From Podarcis liolepis (taxonomy: Eukaryota), in the NCBI GenBank assembly GCA_965112155.1, contig OZ218101.1: a stretch of DNA of 64,000 bases, one strand, 5' to 3'. A program made the translations under genes and the position numbers. Below, piece by piece: positions 1 to 11,994 of the stretch (the stretch's first letter is position 1; the number at the start of each line of letters is the position of its first letter). The notes below the pieces were generated by a model. That model saw only the letters and a program-made list of their open reading frames with translations, made no database searches and was not told the DNA's origin.

Positions 1-250
1 AGCCTGCTCACTCGGCACTCCCCTGTTTATCCGATCTAATGCAATAAAATGCGTAATTAATTTCTAAATGCTTCTGTTGAGCAGTGCAATTTGTCAAGTC
101 GAGTTGTAATAGAATTAAGCTTTTTATCAGCGATTAGCAAAAGAAGGTAAAAAAATTAATTACAGAATTGTATGCCTCCCTGCTTCAAAGCCAGGTTTGG
201 GATTAAATGTTTGATAAAGGTTCCTTGGCACATTATAAAACATTTAGCAA
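1..250. promoter_or_regulatory. Candidate conserved non-coding element (enhancer-like)
   Basis: Repeat-free, dense in TAAT/ATTA motifs (TAATTAATT, AATTAATTA), with FOX-like TGTTTAT, HOX13-like CAATAAAA and retained CpGs. Inferred from composition only. Confidence 0.45.
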
Positions 251-945
251 AATCCGCTCTCCCCCCCACACAACCCCAGTAATTTCTCAAAACTATCTTT
301 GTACACGTGCACAATGGGTGTAGCATAAGTAATTGAACATTTGTACGAGTTGGTTCAAATTGGACCCAGCCTTCTTCCACATAACTGGAACATAGCAGTT
401 TCCCTGTATTTAAAATGTATGGACTATCTTCCTAGTAGAGTATGTATATTTCAGCCATTTTGAAAATAGCTGTGCCACCAGTTGTATATTGCTTTTCTGT
501 GAGGAAAGATCCACACTTAAAATGGAAGATAAATGTAAGCTAACATGCTAGTTAGATGCTGAAAATGCAACTCCTAGTCTGCGTAAGATGAAACAGCTTT
601 CATGCGAAAGAGAAATAACTTCAGATGTCACACTTAAGGGTCATACTGGTTCACTGGAAAACTACCAAAACTTTGGACAAAATTGATAGTATATTTGTGC
701 TTATGAAATGGGGCAAGAAGGAAAAAAACAAGCCAAGACAGAGGCATTGGTGTCAGAGACAAGACTGAGCATCAACAGACTGGAAAAACTTACACCTAGA
801 GGGGAAATTAGCAATGATTATATACTGCTTACTGAAACTAAGCATCTACAGGTGTTTACAAAAGATTTCACAAAAATGAACTGGTAGGTGTCACTAAGCT
901 CACAAAATTAGTTTGGGTTATTTAGCTAAGCACCTTTTTCCATAA

Positions 946-1330
946 TAGGGAAGGCTGTGGAAGAAATTCAGTTTTGTTCACATTTTAATCTAACTCACTA
1001 CTTCCAAAAACAATGTGTGCAGCTATCCTTGGAAATTTGCACTTTCCTGAATATTGCAATGCAATTCTACACATCCACACCAAATACGTTTATTGCAAGA
1101 AAATGTGCATTGAAATCCATATATTGGGGAAAATGACATACAAAAATGCATATTGCTTGCAAAAATATGTATATACACAAAACTGCATGTATGTTAGAAG
1201 AAAAACACACTAAAGTGCTGATAAAATTTTGTTAGTGCTTTTAAAAATAATCGCAAACTGATGCAGGTATGTGGTGAACTGAATTTAAGGTTAGACAAAT
1301 GAGAAACTGGCAGATTTGTCCATCCCTGTT
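946..1330. mobile_element. Old non-autonomous DNA transposon (TAGGGATG...CATCCCTA-ended family), decayed
   Basis: Ends in ...GATTTGTCCATCCCTG. The AT-rich interior resembles, as reverse complement, the copies near 11.7-12.0 kb, 22.4-22.9 kb and 43.4-43.9 kb. Boundaries are approximate. Confidence 0.55.
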
Positions 1331-2530
1331 ATTAGGTGAATTGCATTTTCCAACCTGGTTCCCAGATTTGTTTGAGGACATCAGACCCAGGCAACATGTC
1401 CACTTAGTCCATTTCCCCCCAGTTCTGCTACACTACCACTGAATGCTCTTGCTCAATACCTAACACCCTCACTAACCAGAGAAGAAATGACAATCCCAAC
1501 AGTCTGCTCCATCACTCCACAGTGTTACCATAACATCGTTGGCAAGCCTCCATTTGGATTCACGTGTGTGTTGGCCAAACCAATGAGACGCAATGTGGGT
1601 AAATTCCTCTCTTTTCCTCTGACCATTGCCTTACCCATTTGATGAGTGTGACACTGTAACATGAGCCTATACTTCACAGATACCAGCCATGACAGTTTTG
1701 CGATCTCCTCTCTTAGTTATAGTTTTGAACTTCAAAGAGAATGGAAGTTAGTATGACTGAGAACTGTGAGCTGCTCGCTCACACACATCATGCTGCTTAT
1801 GCATGGTGACCACTCACCTAAATGAAAAAAGTGGCTCAAAGTAATTTGTGGACTTGCTCCAAGAATTTCCAGAATATTGATTGTACCCCCGCATCTGTTG
1901 TTAATGACTATCCTACAAGCGGGGAAGGAAAGGATGAAAGTACAGCACTCCTTAATCAAAGACTGCTTATCCTATTAGCAAGATGAAACTACATAGGTTA
2001 TCATACATTTATTAGCAGGATACCTGGAGGAAGTTGCTCTAGATCATTGTTCTTTACGGGAGGAAGAAACACTAATGAGAATTGCTCATGGGAATCGATT
2101 GCTTAATAGAGGCTGTCTCCTGAAGCTTCATCTCCACTCTACTGCATTGCCATGCTAAGGAGGATAGCAGAACCGATCTAGCAGGGCAATCAGTGGTTTA
2201 TTTAGTTCTGAAGATTACACTAGCAATATTAACTGCAGCAGCCTAATACTAGGTAAGACCTAGTATTTTAGCGCTAACAACAGTAAGAATAATATTTAAT
2301 AATTACACTTCGAATAGGTACCAACATCTTTTAAAGTCTAATTATTTGTTCATGACCCAGCAACAGCAAAGCACAGCTTGTTGCATTTAAACACATACTT
2401 AAGCCTTTCTCAGTGAAATCAGTGGGATGCATAAAGGAGTTTAGTCCTTGGATTTTGTCCATTTGAAACACAATCCTGTGCATGCTACTCTGAAGAAGAA
2501 ATTAGCATGAAGGTATTCATGCTGATGTAG

Positions 2531-2573
2531 TAATAACAGTAATAATAATAACAGCAGCAGCAGCAGCAGCAGC
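2531..2573 (+). repeat. Compound (AAT)n/(CAG)n microsatellite
   Basis: TAATAACAGTAATAATAATAACAGCAGCAGCAGCAGCAGCAGC seen directly. Confidence 0.9.
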
Positions 2574-2877
2574 AAAATGTTATGTTCAGATCAGCCCATC
2601 CCAGAATACCGCTTACCTTAGCAGTGGGCAGCTTTGCAGGACAGAGCTAGCCCACAGCCACAACAGCCGGGGAATTGCAACCACAGGGAGATGCTCCTGG
2701 GTCTTCCTCTGGTTAGATAGTTTTGAATTCAGCCTGCCTGCCAGATTGGGCCAATGACTCACTCTGGGCTCACTCTGGAGGGTGGGCCTGACTGGGTCCA
2801 CAGAGGACTCTACCCAAGTCCACCCCCAGGGGATAAAAACAGGCCCTGCCTCACACCTGGCACCGTAGTACCTTTTG

Positions 2878-3000
2878 GATGATGATGATATCTATACCAC
2901 ACACATCTGGCTGGGTTTCCCCAGCCACTCTGGGTGGCTTCCAACAATAGAACAACATAATAAAATGTCAAACATTAAAAACTTCCTGATACAGCCTTCA
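2878..3000 (-). mobile_element. L2-type LINE 3' tail fragment
   Basis: Reverse strand reads GAAGCCACCCAGAGTGGCTGGGGAAACCCAGCCAGATG followed by a simple-repeat tail, typical of squamate L2 3' ends. Confidence 0.6.
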
Positions 3001-3071
3001 TGTTGTTGTGCTTGTTCTTACCTGCTCCAGGGGTAGCTTGGATAATTTGCCCTGTAGCCTAGCCAAATTAT

Positions 3072-3160
3072 AATTAATTTATTATTTATATGCCTCTCAT
3101 TTGACTGGGTCGCCCCAGCCACTCAGGGTGGCTTCCAACAAAATATTAAAACACAAAAAA
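3072..3160 (-). mobile_element. L2-type LINE 3' tail fragment (second copy)
   Basis: Shares the CCCCAGCCACTC-GGGTGGCTTCCAACAA core with the 2878-3000 copy and has an ATTT-rich tail. Confidence 0.6.
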
Positions 3161-4019
3161 GCCTCATAATCACTTCTGCTTTCCTCCTAAGGCTCAGCAA
3201 CCTGACTGTTCCCATCCCTTTCATACAACTGTTGCCCCTTGGTGTGGCTTCTTCTTACCCTTCAGCTAATGCTATCTGCAGTGATAGCTCCATCTCTGCA
3301 GGTTTTCTGATTGTGGACACTTCCCTGTCATCCCTGTTTTCTTCAACGCAGATCAACAACATGTCTGAGCTAAAGCAATACCAAATTTAATGCCCAAAGG
3401 TGTGTTTCCGCTGCCCAAGTCTACTGCCCATTCTGAAGAAGGCAACGGCATTGAAGAACTCCAATCACTAAAACATCCAGATGGAAACCAAATCAAATCC
3501 TAAAAACTGTATCAGCAGTTGCTTAACTGTAACCATTGTACAGTTGTGCACCCAAAGCACATTGCTGCAAGATGTTCAGACTATTCAGGCATTCTGCTCA
3601 TGAGTAAAATCTACATTCAAAGAGGAAGAACTTTCCTAACATTCCAAAACTTGTGAGCATGTTCAGTCCTCATTGGGAAATTCTGTGCATTTGGTTTTCC
3701 CCAGGGATGCTGCTATCTCTCTGTTGTTTCACAGTGATCCTAGTTTTGGCTCTAGTTTTTGCCAGCACTTGCCATGCGAGTTCAGATACAAAGTTGGACC
3801 CGCTTGTAACTCTGAATATACAAATGATCACATATTTTGCCTAAGCATAACTAATATGTACAGGTATTAAAATATAGTCAACAAAATTGCATCATTTTTC
3901 TCATAGTTTTTTTCCCATCACACTTTTGTCTAATGCTCAGGCTAAATGCTTCCCTAAGATGTTATGTCTTCTCCTTTGAACCACCCTGGAAAATCTCTCT
4001 TTCCTTGCTGATTACATCC

Positions 4020-4230
4020 TTCAAACACATCTAGATAGTTATAATTCATGTCCCGTCTTAAGTTACCATTTAGCCAACCTAGACATATTTAGTTCCTTTA
4101 ATCTTCTTCCCTAATAAGTCAATCCCTTGAGCCCTTTAATCATCCTTGTTGCTGTTCTCTGAATTCCCTCCAATTCATCTACATCTGTCCACTGTGAAGG
4201 TACCCAGAAGGAAAAACAGTATTATAACTC
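4020..4230 (-). mobile_element. Old CR1/L3 ORF2 fragment
   Basis: Minus-strand translation VDELEGIQRTATRMIKGLKGLTY...RLKELNM resembles the CR1 ORF2 motif LE.VQRRATKMI.GL..L.YEERL.EL; it contains stops and frameshifts. Confidence 0.7.
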
Positions 4231-4489
4231 TAGTTTTGCTAAAGCTGCCTAGTGATATATGCTTCTCCTCTGACATGAGCTTTTGCTGAGTCTCCACCTG
4301 ACAACCTCGCTACTGGAATCCACTGGTGAACCTGTGTGATTCTCACATTACAACAGTTTTATCATACAGCAAACGTGCTATGCTCAGGGGAATTGCTCTT
4401 CAGGTGGGCAGTTGTAAAGAAACTCTTGGGCACTTGCAACTAAATGCTGGGACAGCCATTTAAAGCATCCAGTCAGTAAATCTGATAAT

Positions 4490-4765
4490 GCTCCCTCAGA
4501 AATTTGGGATGGAGGTGGCCTGGGAAAGGGCATTCTCTGTGACAGCCCCCAAGTTGTAAAGCTTCCTCCCCACAGAGGTGCACCTTCACATTTCAGTTTG
4601 CAGCAAATGCTAAAGACACACCTCTATGCCCTGGCCTTTGCCACCTGAGATGCATATTTTTAAGGCTCACCCTATTTATGTGACTATTATTTGTTTAAAA
4701 GTGTTTCTAATGTTAAGTTTTAAATTGTTGTTGCCTGCCATTTGGGAGAAGGATGGGTAATAAAT
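4490..4765 (+). mobile_element. L2 LINE 3' end fragment
   Basis: Encodes a decayed RAFSVTAPKL..LP.EV....LKTHL..LAF motif (L2 ORF2 C-terminus), followed by an AT-rich 3' UTR. Confidence 0.65.
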
Positions 4766-4986
4766 CAATGGCATGGAGAAGGAAGGTTGTGTCTAAATAT
4801 CCCCAGTCAGTCACTACAGTGACCAGTGACCAGTTGTGCCTCCCACATAGTTGTGTATATTTCCCCATGAATTTATATGTAGTTAACAGTCATCTGACTT
4901 ACACATGTGCATGACCTAGCTTTCTTTTCTGCCTCCTTTTCTGTTCAGGTTGAAATACCTGTGCAAAGTGTACAATGGAAAAGTTA

Positions 4987-5217
4987 CAGTGGTACCTCAA
5001 GTTACAGACGCTTCAGGTTACAGATGCTTCAGGTTACAGACTCCGCTAACCCAGAAATAGTACCTTGGGTTAAGAACTTTGCTTCAGGATGAGAACAGAA
5101 ATCGTGCGGCGGCAGTGGGAGGCCCCATTAGCTAAAGTGGTACCTCAGGTTATGTACAGTTTCAGGTTAAGAACGGACCTCCAGAATGAATTAAGTTCTT
5201 AACCCGAGGTACCACTG
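4987..5217. mobile_element. Tc1/mariner-type MITE, family A, copy 1
   Basis: TIRs CAGTGGTACCTC...GAGGTACCACTG with TA on both sides (4985-86, 5218-19). 231 bp; homologous to 55592-55807 and 62797-63011. Confidence 0.92.
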
Positions 5218-5294
5218 TACTTTATAAAAACGAATGTAGGACAGTATTACCAGGTCACTTTAGGCTTCTTCAGGAAATGTGAAACCTCTGTAAT

Positions 5295-5436
5295 AGGATA
5301 GCTCAGTTGGTAGAGCATGTGGCTCTTAATCTCAGGGTCATGGGCTGAAGCCCCACAAAGGGAAAAACAAAAACAAATCCTGCATTGCAGGGGGGTTGGA
5401 CTAGATGACCCTCAGGGTCCCTTCTGACTCTATGAT
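5295..5436 (+). mobile_element. tRNA-Lys(CTT)-headed SINE with CR1-derived tail
   Basis: Head GGATAGCTCAGTTGGTAGAGCATGTGGCTCTTAATCTCAGGGTCATGGGCTGAAGCCCCAC is a decayed tRNA-Lys. Tail CCTGCATTGCAGGGGGGTTGGACTAGATGACCCTCAGGGTCCCTTCTGACTCTATGAT is a CR1 3' end. Confidence 0.85.
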
Positions 5437-6762
5437 AGGTGTCACACAAAGCAAGGACAAGGAGCGTTTGGAAGGCCCTTCTGGTTTTATTTGTGTTTCC
5501 CGTAATAGAAAACTAGCTTTTGTGTTTTCTGTAATTACGAAATCTCCTTCACAATTTCTATATTGTGGCTGTGTCCCTGAAGAATCAGTGAAACGCTCTC
5601 TTGAGTTCTGATTCACAAAGGATCATTTGGGACAAGTTATAGCATATGCTCTTGAAAATCTGAAAGCAAAGTAATCACAGGTTTATCCCCCCCCCAGCCC
5701 CCAAATGCTAATCTCTGAGTGAACTGCAAGCTGTTGTAGTGCGTAAGAACAGAAGGAACTGTATAAACAACTTGGGCCATGGTGGTGATATGTATTTTTG
5801 GGTTGAAGATGAAACAAATTTTGTAAGACATATACACATCAGTAGGCAAAAGTAAGCACAGAGGAGCAGAAATTAAGAGTCACATGTTTGTAGGAATGGA
5901 GTTACAACTGTAGTCTGGGCAATGCCATTTTATGAACCTCTGAATTACCAAACGACCAGAAGACTGATAAGCACATGCTGCCAATTACCTTTATGATGCT
6001 TTCACATGCAATTACCCAATGATTATCATCCCTTGAAACTCTTGGCATTCAGAGTTCAATTAAGAGACTTTTTACCTCAATCTGGATTTTGACAATTTTC
6101 ACCCAAGAATTAATTTTGATGTAAAAATATGCCACCAGCATTCAAATGTCATCGCATTCGAAACTTGCGCAGGTTTTTATTTCAGTCCTAATGCTCTTTC
6201 TTTGCTGACAGAACATCATCCCCGGGACCAGTGCACTGAAAGCCCAGGTAACCTTTTATTCCTACACCTTTGTAGTTGGTCATGTATGTCAATGCAGAGT
6301 TCAACATTTCATGGATCATGCATAACATTTACTGAGCCTGTTTGCATAGTAAGTAGATTCTCCAGCAAGGGAGCTGACAGTGTATTTCTGTCATTAGGAT
6401 TTATTAAATTGGTTATACAGGGGAGCAGTTCCACCATGAAATGGATATTCATATATGCAGTGTATGCAGCCTTTTTGAAACTACTATTATTTCTAATTGA
6501 AATGAGAATATAATATAATATTGATGGGATAAACTGATTAATTTTTTGACCACTCCTATTATTTTAAGAGTTCTAGGTTGTGAGAAGCAGTCACCTGGGT
6601 TGCCGGCTTTCAGATCTTGGTGTGCTCTTTAGCTCTATATATGCTTTTGCAGTACTGCTTGTGCCAGTCACTAAAACTGGGAATACAGTGAGGAAAGGTA
6701 ACAGGATAGCAGAGTAGTTTTCCTCCCTGCTGTAGTTTCATGAATATGGATCCACCCAGAGT

Positions 6763-6960
6763 TGTATGGTGGTTAGAGCGTTGGATTAAGACTAGGGAGA
6801 CCCAGATTAAAATCCCTTCTGAGACTTTGAGCTGGGTCAGTCACTGTCTCTTGTCTAACCTCCCTGACAGGATGCATGTGAAGATAAAATGGTGGTGGTG
6901 GTGGTGAAGACCCATGTCACCTTGTGACTCGTGGAGGAAGGGGCTGGTGGGAATCATAAT
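6763..6960 (+). mobile_element. MIR/Ther1-like CORE SINE, decayed
   Basis: A-box-like GTATGGTGGTTAGAGCGTTGGA, then a CORE-like GGGTCAGTCACTGTCTCTTGTCTAACCTCCCTGACAGG. Confidence 0.65.
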
Positions 6961-8448
6961 CCCAAAACTCTGGAGAGCAGCAGATTGAGGACTTGAGGGT
7001 AAAACTCTTTCTTTGGTAGTATTAAAGGGCTTGGAGTTTTGTTGAATGCTTTCAGGCTTGAGGTAGAGTAGAATCACCAGTATCTCTTTCTCTTCTCTTT
7101 TCACATCCTTCCTTTCTTGATTCTACTGGCTAATCTGATCTGTTTCAATGATTTTGTGTTGAATAAAACTTTGACCACCGACACCCCTAACCAAAACAAT
7201 TACAGGCTGTCAATACCTAACATAAAACTGTTTACACTTGTCATGGGCACACCTGCTTAGAAAAACAAGGATGGTGGTGGGAAATGTGTTGTAGACTCAA
7301 CTTAATTTTGAGGTCAGAATAATTAGCACAGCTCAGTGCATCATGGAATTCATCCATTAATTATTCTCTCTATTTCTCTATCCATTTTGAAACTTACAAA
7401 GGTAGGAAAGCTTAGAAAATCTGATGTTGACATGAAAGAATGAAATGGGCCAGATTTGTTTGAGGCACACATTTAATGATTTATAGAAATCCTTGGCAAA
7501 TGGACAATTTCCCCCTGGGCTTTAAGGTGCTTTCTGAAAGGAGTCTCCCAGGGCTGCCATCTGTGTCTTCATATCCAAAACAGAGCATTTGCCCACAGCA
7601 TTTTAAGGCTCCTCTTGGCTTGATTTCCTGATCAGTAATTGGGAAGCTATTAAATGGAAACAGTTTTGAACAGATTTAAGGGAAGTGGTGGTTGCCGAGT
7701 TCATTAGGAAATTGCATTTGATTTTATATCCTAACAAACTTGCATCTGCCTCTTCCACCATATTGTAACCCTTCAAATCCACACATGTGCCAAGGATGTG
7801 CAGGGCTGACAGAATCACCATCTGTTTCCCAGTCTCAATGATCTGCACACTGTAGAGCCATAACACAATAATTTGATAGCAGGTTTACACTGTGTGACCA
7901 CCACTGCCTTGCTTGGAATGCTTTCACCTTTTCACCTTTTGTGGGTGGCCTCCCTAGGTGCTGCAACAGGCCAAGAGATGTTGCACAGGGAGTGGTTTTT
8001 AATGTGGAGAAATTTTCAAATATGCAAGTCCTGGTCTGCATTTTGAAGCACAATAGTCCACCATGCTTTTAGTTTATTTATATTTATTTTTGCAATAGCT
8101 TTTCACCTAGTTGAATTGATAAACTGGTTTTGATTAGGGTATAAATATAGGAAAAAATAACAGGGAGCTTGCAACTGAAAATGTAGGGGTAGAGGAAATT
8201 GGCTGTAATTATCTCTTTTGTTTAATGTATTGCATTATACCTGGTTTTATCTCTTTTAATTGTAACCAACTTTGGAATTGCGTTTAGAATGAAAATCAGG
8301 CAAGAAATGCTTTAAATAAATGAAACTGTCCATGGAACATAATATTTACTGAACATCTGGCTAGGTTATTGGCCTGTGCTCTACTTTGCCAGCTTATTCT
8401 TCTTTTAGGGATCAAGTTGCAGGACAAATGCAGGTTGCACCATCTGGA

Positions 8449-8647
8449 ACACAGAAACATAGGAAGCTACCTTATTCTGAGTGAGACCATTGGTCCATCT
8501 ATAGCTCAGTATTGCCTACCCTGACTGGCAACAACTCTTCAAGGTTTCAGACAGAATTTCTCTCCCTGCTGTAGCTGGAGATGCCAGGGATTGAATCTGG
8601 AACCTTACGTATGCAAAGCAAATGCTCCACTACTAAGCCATGACCCT
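8449..8647 (-). mobile_element. tRNA-derived squamate SINE (Ala/Cys-like head, ...AGCTTCCTATG tail)
   Basis: Minus strand reads GGTCATGGCTTAGTAGTGGAGCATTTGCTTTGCATACG...GATTCAATCCCTGGCATCTCCAG...GGACCAATGGTCTCACTCAG...AGCTTCCTATG. Homologous to 41100-41283. Confidence 0.8.
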
Positions 8648-8798
8648 TAGAATCATAGAATTGCAGAGTTGGGAGGGACTCTGAGGATCATTTAGTCCAA
8701 CCGCCCGCAATACAAGAATATGCAGCTGTCTCATACGGGGATCGAACCAGTGACCATAGTGTTTTCAGCACCACAATCTAACCAACTGAGCTATCCAG
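8648..8798 (-). mobile_element. tRNA-Ile-headed SINE with CR1-derived tail
   Basis: Minus-strand head CTGGATAGCTCAGTTGGTTAGATTGTGGTGCTGAAAACACTATGGTCACTGGTTCGATCCCCGTA resembles tRNA-Ile. Tail is GGTTGGACTAAATGATCCTCAGAGTCCCTCCCAACTCTGCAATTCTATGATTCTA. Confidence 0.8.
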
Positions 8799-10924
8799 AA
8801 GAGCAATCCATGGTTTCATCTAGTGAAAGTAATGCATGCCTTTGGTGGGAAAGTACCTTCCTTTCTCTAAGACATCTTCTGCACTCATTGCCTGCTCTTG
8901 AGTTCTGAAGGGTCCTTGGATAAGACACTCTCCAGAGGCCCCCTCCTCCTTGCTTCCATTGTCACCAGGTGCTGCCATTGCTTCTCCTCCTCACTGCTGT
9001 TGCCTGCTCACTTCCTGGTGAGTGAGCAAGCAGGAAGCAACTACTGCTGCTTCTCCTTCTTGTCACCATTCTCCACCTTCCCTGGGCCAGAGAGAAAGGA
9101 TGGCTGAATAAGCAAGTGGCAAATGAGCAGGGAACAGCAGTGGGGAGAATCAAGGGCCAGGAGACTCTTGACAGTCGACCCCCTGCAGAGGACTCAAGGC
9201 CAGCCCAAGATGCTTTGATGCTTGACATAAGAGACAAAATGTCCTCCCCAATTCCACATACAGAAAACTTGACTTCACTTTCACTAATGGCAGGGCAAGC
9301 TTTAAGAGGTCTGGTTCTTAGAAGGTGTCCCGCAATTCCTATCGCTAATGCTGGCTCTGTCTATACTCCTGTCAGTACATCTCCAGCCTCTTCTGCTTTC
9401 TCACCATCCCAGTAAGCTTGGTACCTCCAACAATACACCTCTACCCTGAATTTGGCAGTCCAGGCTTCCAACACTAAACCCCGGGACCATGAAGTACAGC
9501 AGCCACTACTATTCTGGTCAATGGTGCCACCCGCAACTTTGTCCAAATCTCTCTCTCCTTACCTGTATCTCTTTCTCTGTCATTAACATCACCACATTTT
9601 GAGAAGATGCCTTGAAGCCTATTTATCAGCACACCTCTTTCCTTCAGCCTTTTCCTCACTTCTATCCTATTCCAGTCAGCTGTCAATCTAGGCAAAGTTC
9701 AACCTCACCCGCGGCCCACCAGGATTTAAGAATGTGTATGCATTCCATTTCAGAGGAGGCTTCTGTTGCCCTTTGAGAATTTGCAAAGGGGAGGGAGTAA
9801 ATCTGAAATACATGCTGGTGGGGGGGAAAGTGCCTAACAAAAACGCTCTCCTCCCTTCCCTTAGAGAGTTTAAATTTTGCTTGCTGGTTCTCTCCAGGGT
9901 CACAATTACTTAGAATGTTAAAACAACTTCTACCATCCCTCCCGGAACAACTCCCACCCCTCCTCTCAGCAACAAGAGGAAAATTGTAGAGAAACACTAC
10001 TTAATTATCACACCACGTAACTAATTAAAAGCAGAACACTAGTGTGTGGTATGCTAATGGGGCATTAGAGATCTAGCATACTCTGGTAAGGAGACACAGG
10101 CCCCCTCTTCTCCCCTTCACCTCACTGCAGGGGCTTCAAGCTGACAGGCAACCATGATGAGATGGGAATTTATTATGCTGCATTTCCGCTCAGAACTTTT
10201 ACAAGAGGCCATGGAGGTCAAGCAACTTCATTGACGCAGGGGGAGAAGAAAACACCTGGGCAGGAACCAAGAGGACGGATGCGTTACTGGAGAATGTTAC
10301 GAGCAGCAGCTATTTCCTAGTGCTCTATAAAGGAAGGTTAGTTCTTTTCTTCCTTAAATATCTGATGGGAAATATATAACTCTCTGGATAAAGGTCAGCT
10401 ATTCATTTCTAGATTGAGAATTGCTAGGTCTCAGAACTGCCTGCTCACCATGCCCTCCGACTTGGACTCCCCCCCCACCTTTCTAATTCCAGATGTGTAT
10501 AGAGTCGTCATTGAAACAACAGAAGGGGAGCAGAATGAAGGTCAAATATTGTAGTTTAGAACAAATCCTGCTTCAAATATTCTTACATTCATTCATGCAG
10601 ATCATTGCAGTGCTTTGATGCACCAGCTGTAGTCATCCTGATCAGGAAATGTTCATTGTTGCCATATGTATCTACTGAGCTTTCCCACAGTGTTTTAACT
10701 GTTTTTCATAAAACCATTTCAATGGCTGAGATACGTCTAAACCTGTCTGCAACCAACTCTTTCCCAAATCCTGCAATATGGCCTTCTGTGGTATTACCAA
10801 ATATCAGTGCATGAGAATGGCTTAGTGGTTGCAAATGTTTAACACCTTAAGGCAGAGCAGTATGTGTGAGCGGGATCAAACTGTCTATGCCATTTAAGAC
10901 TACAAAAATCCATGATCTTCTCCA

Positions 10925-11085
10925 ACCATGATTGGTAGAATGCCTACTTTGTGTACACAAGGTTCAAGCTTCCATCTCCAGAAACTCCAGGGAGGGCTGG
11001 GAAATGCTCCATCTTTAACCCGGGAGAGTTGTGTCAGACGGTACCAAGCTACATGGAACAATGATCCAAGACAGCTTCCTGTCTT
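10925..11085 (+). mobile_element. Decayed copy of the tRNA-derived SINE family at 8449 and 41100
   Basis: TGGTAGAATGCCTACTTTG...GGTTCAAGCTTCCATCTCCAG...GGGCTGGGAA...AGACAGCTTCCTGT. Confidence 0.55.
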
Positions 11086-11654
11086 TCTTTGTGAGACATT
11101 TTGGATCTAGATTACATCAAGCAATTGAGAAAGCTATGAAGTGTGGTAGTACATATGAGAGTGGTTGAATCAGGAATGGTTCTCTGTAGTTCATTAATTG
11201 GACTTAGGAAGATAAAATTGGTATCAGAACTTCTAATGTAAATTTGCCACATGACTAGATACGACCAGATAGCAGCATTAACAACAATACTCTCATGTGT
11301 ACCTGGCACTTTAAAAACACTGTGCAAACATTTAAAAGCATTTCTGCATTGCTAATTTATATTCCTAGCCTAGGCACTGAGGGTTGTATCCCAAGCTACT
11401 CTTTCTCTTAGGCAGTAGATATCCACCTGCATCATGGAATGTCCCCATCCTCTCTTCTTCTCTACAGCCTTCCGTACATCCTCAAATTTGTTCAAGAGGG
11501 TTGGGAGGACACTGGATGAGATTTTGGGGGGGTGATGAGAGAGAGGGCAGTGCTGCTGCACAAGTGCAATTCCATGTGTTCAGCATTGGGTAGAACCCTG
11601 AAGCCTTGGCAAGCCTGTAATGTGGCATAAATATGTTTGTTGGTGTGTTCCAGG

Positions 11655-11994
11655 TGGCAATGGATGAATCTATTTCTAGTTTCTGTCAGTTTCATATGTG
11701 TTCAATCCCATTTCTGCATAAACTTTTTTTCTTTTTTAAAAGTATGTCCAAAAATTGTATTTTAAATACAATTCAATCGCAATGTACACGTTTCTAAATG
11801 TACTTTACCCTAAAATATGTATTCTTTTATGCATTTTAGTACATTTTAAAGCCAGGAACTATATTGCAAGATTTAAGGGAAGTGCAAAATCTGAGTGATA
11901 ATTTTATTCCAATTCGTGTAAGTTGGTTTGGGAGGTGTGAATTAGGTTGATTTGCTAAAAAATGCAGATCAAACAATATTCTCCTCCATCCTTA
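11655..11994. mobile_element. Old DNA transposon, TAGGGATG-ended family
   Basis: ATGGATGAATCT...ATTCTCCTCCATCCTTA ends; interior similar to the 43419-43900 copy. Confidence 0.5.

Noticed and set aside
5295-5365. Possible tRNA-Lys gene
   Set aside because: The T-loop/B box is damaged (GGGCTGAAGCC), the acceptor stem is broken, and it is fused to a CR1 tail, so it is a SINE head.
8725-8798. Possible tRNA-Ile gene on the minus strand
   Set aside because: The stems are mutated and it has a CR1 tail, so it is a SINE head.
9410-9700. Pyrimidine-rich stretch resembling an ancient L2
   Set aside because: It is too decayed to recover a diagnostic motif, so it was not annotated.
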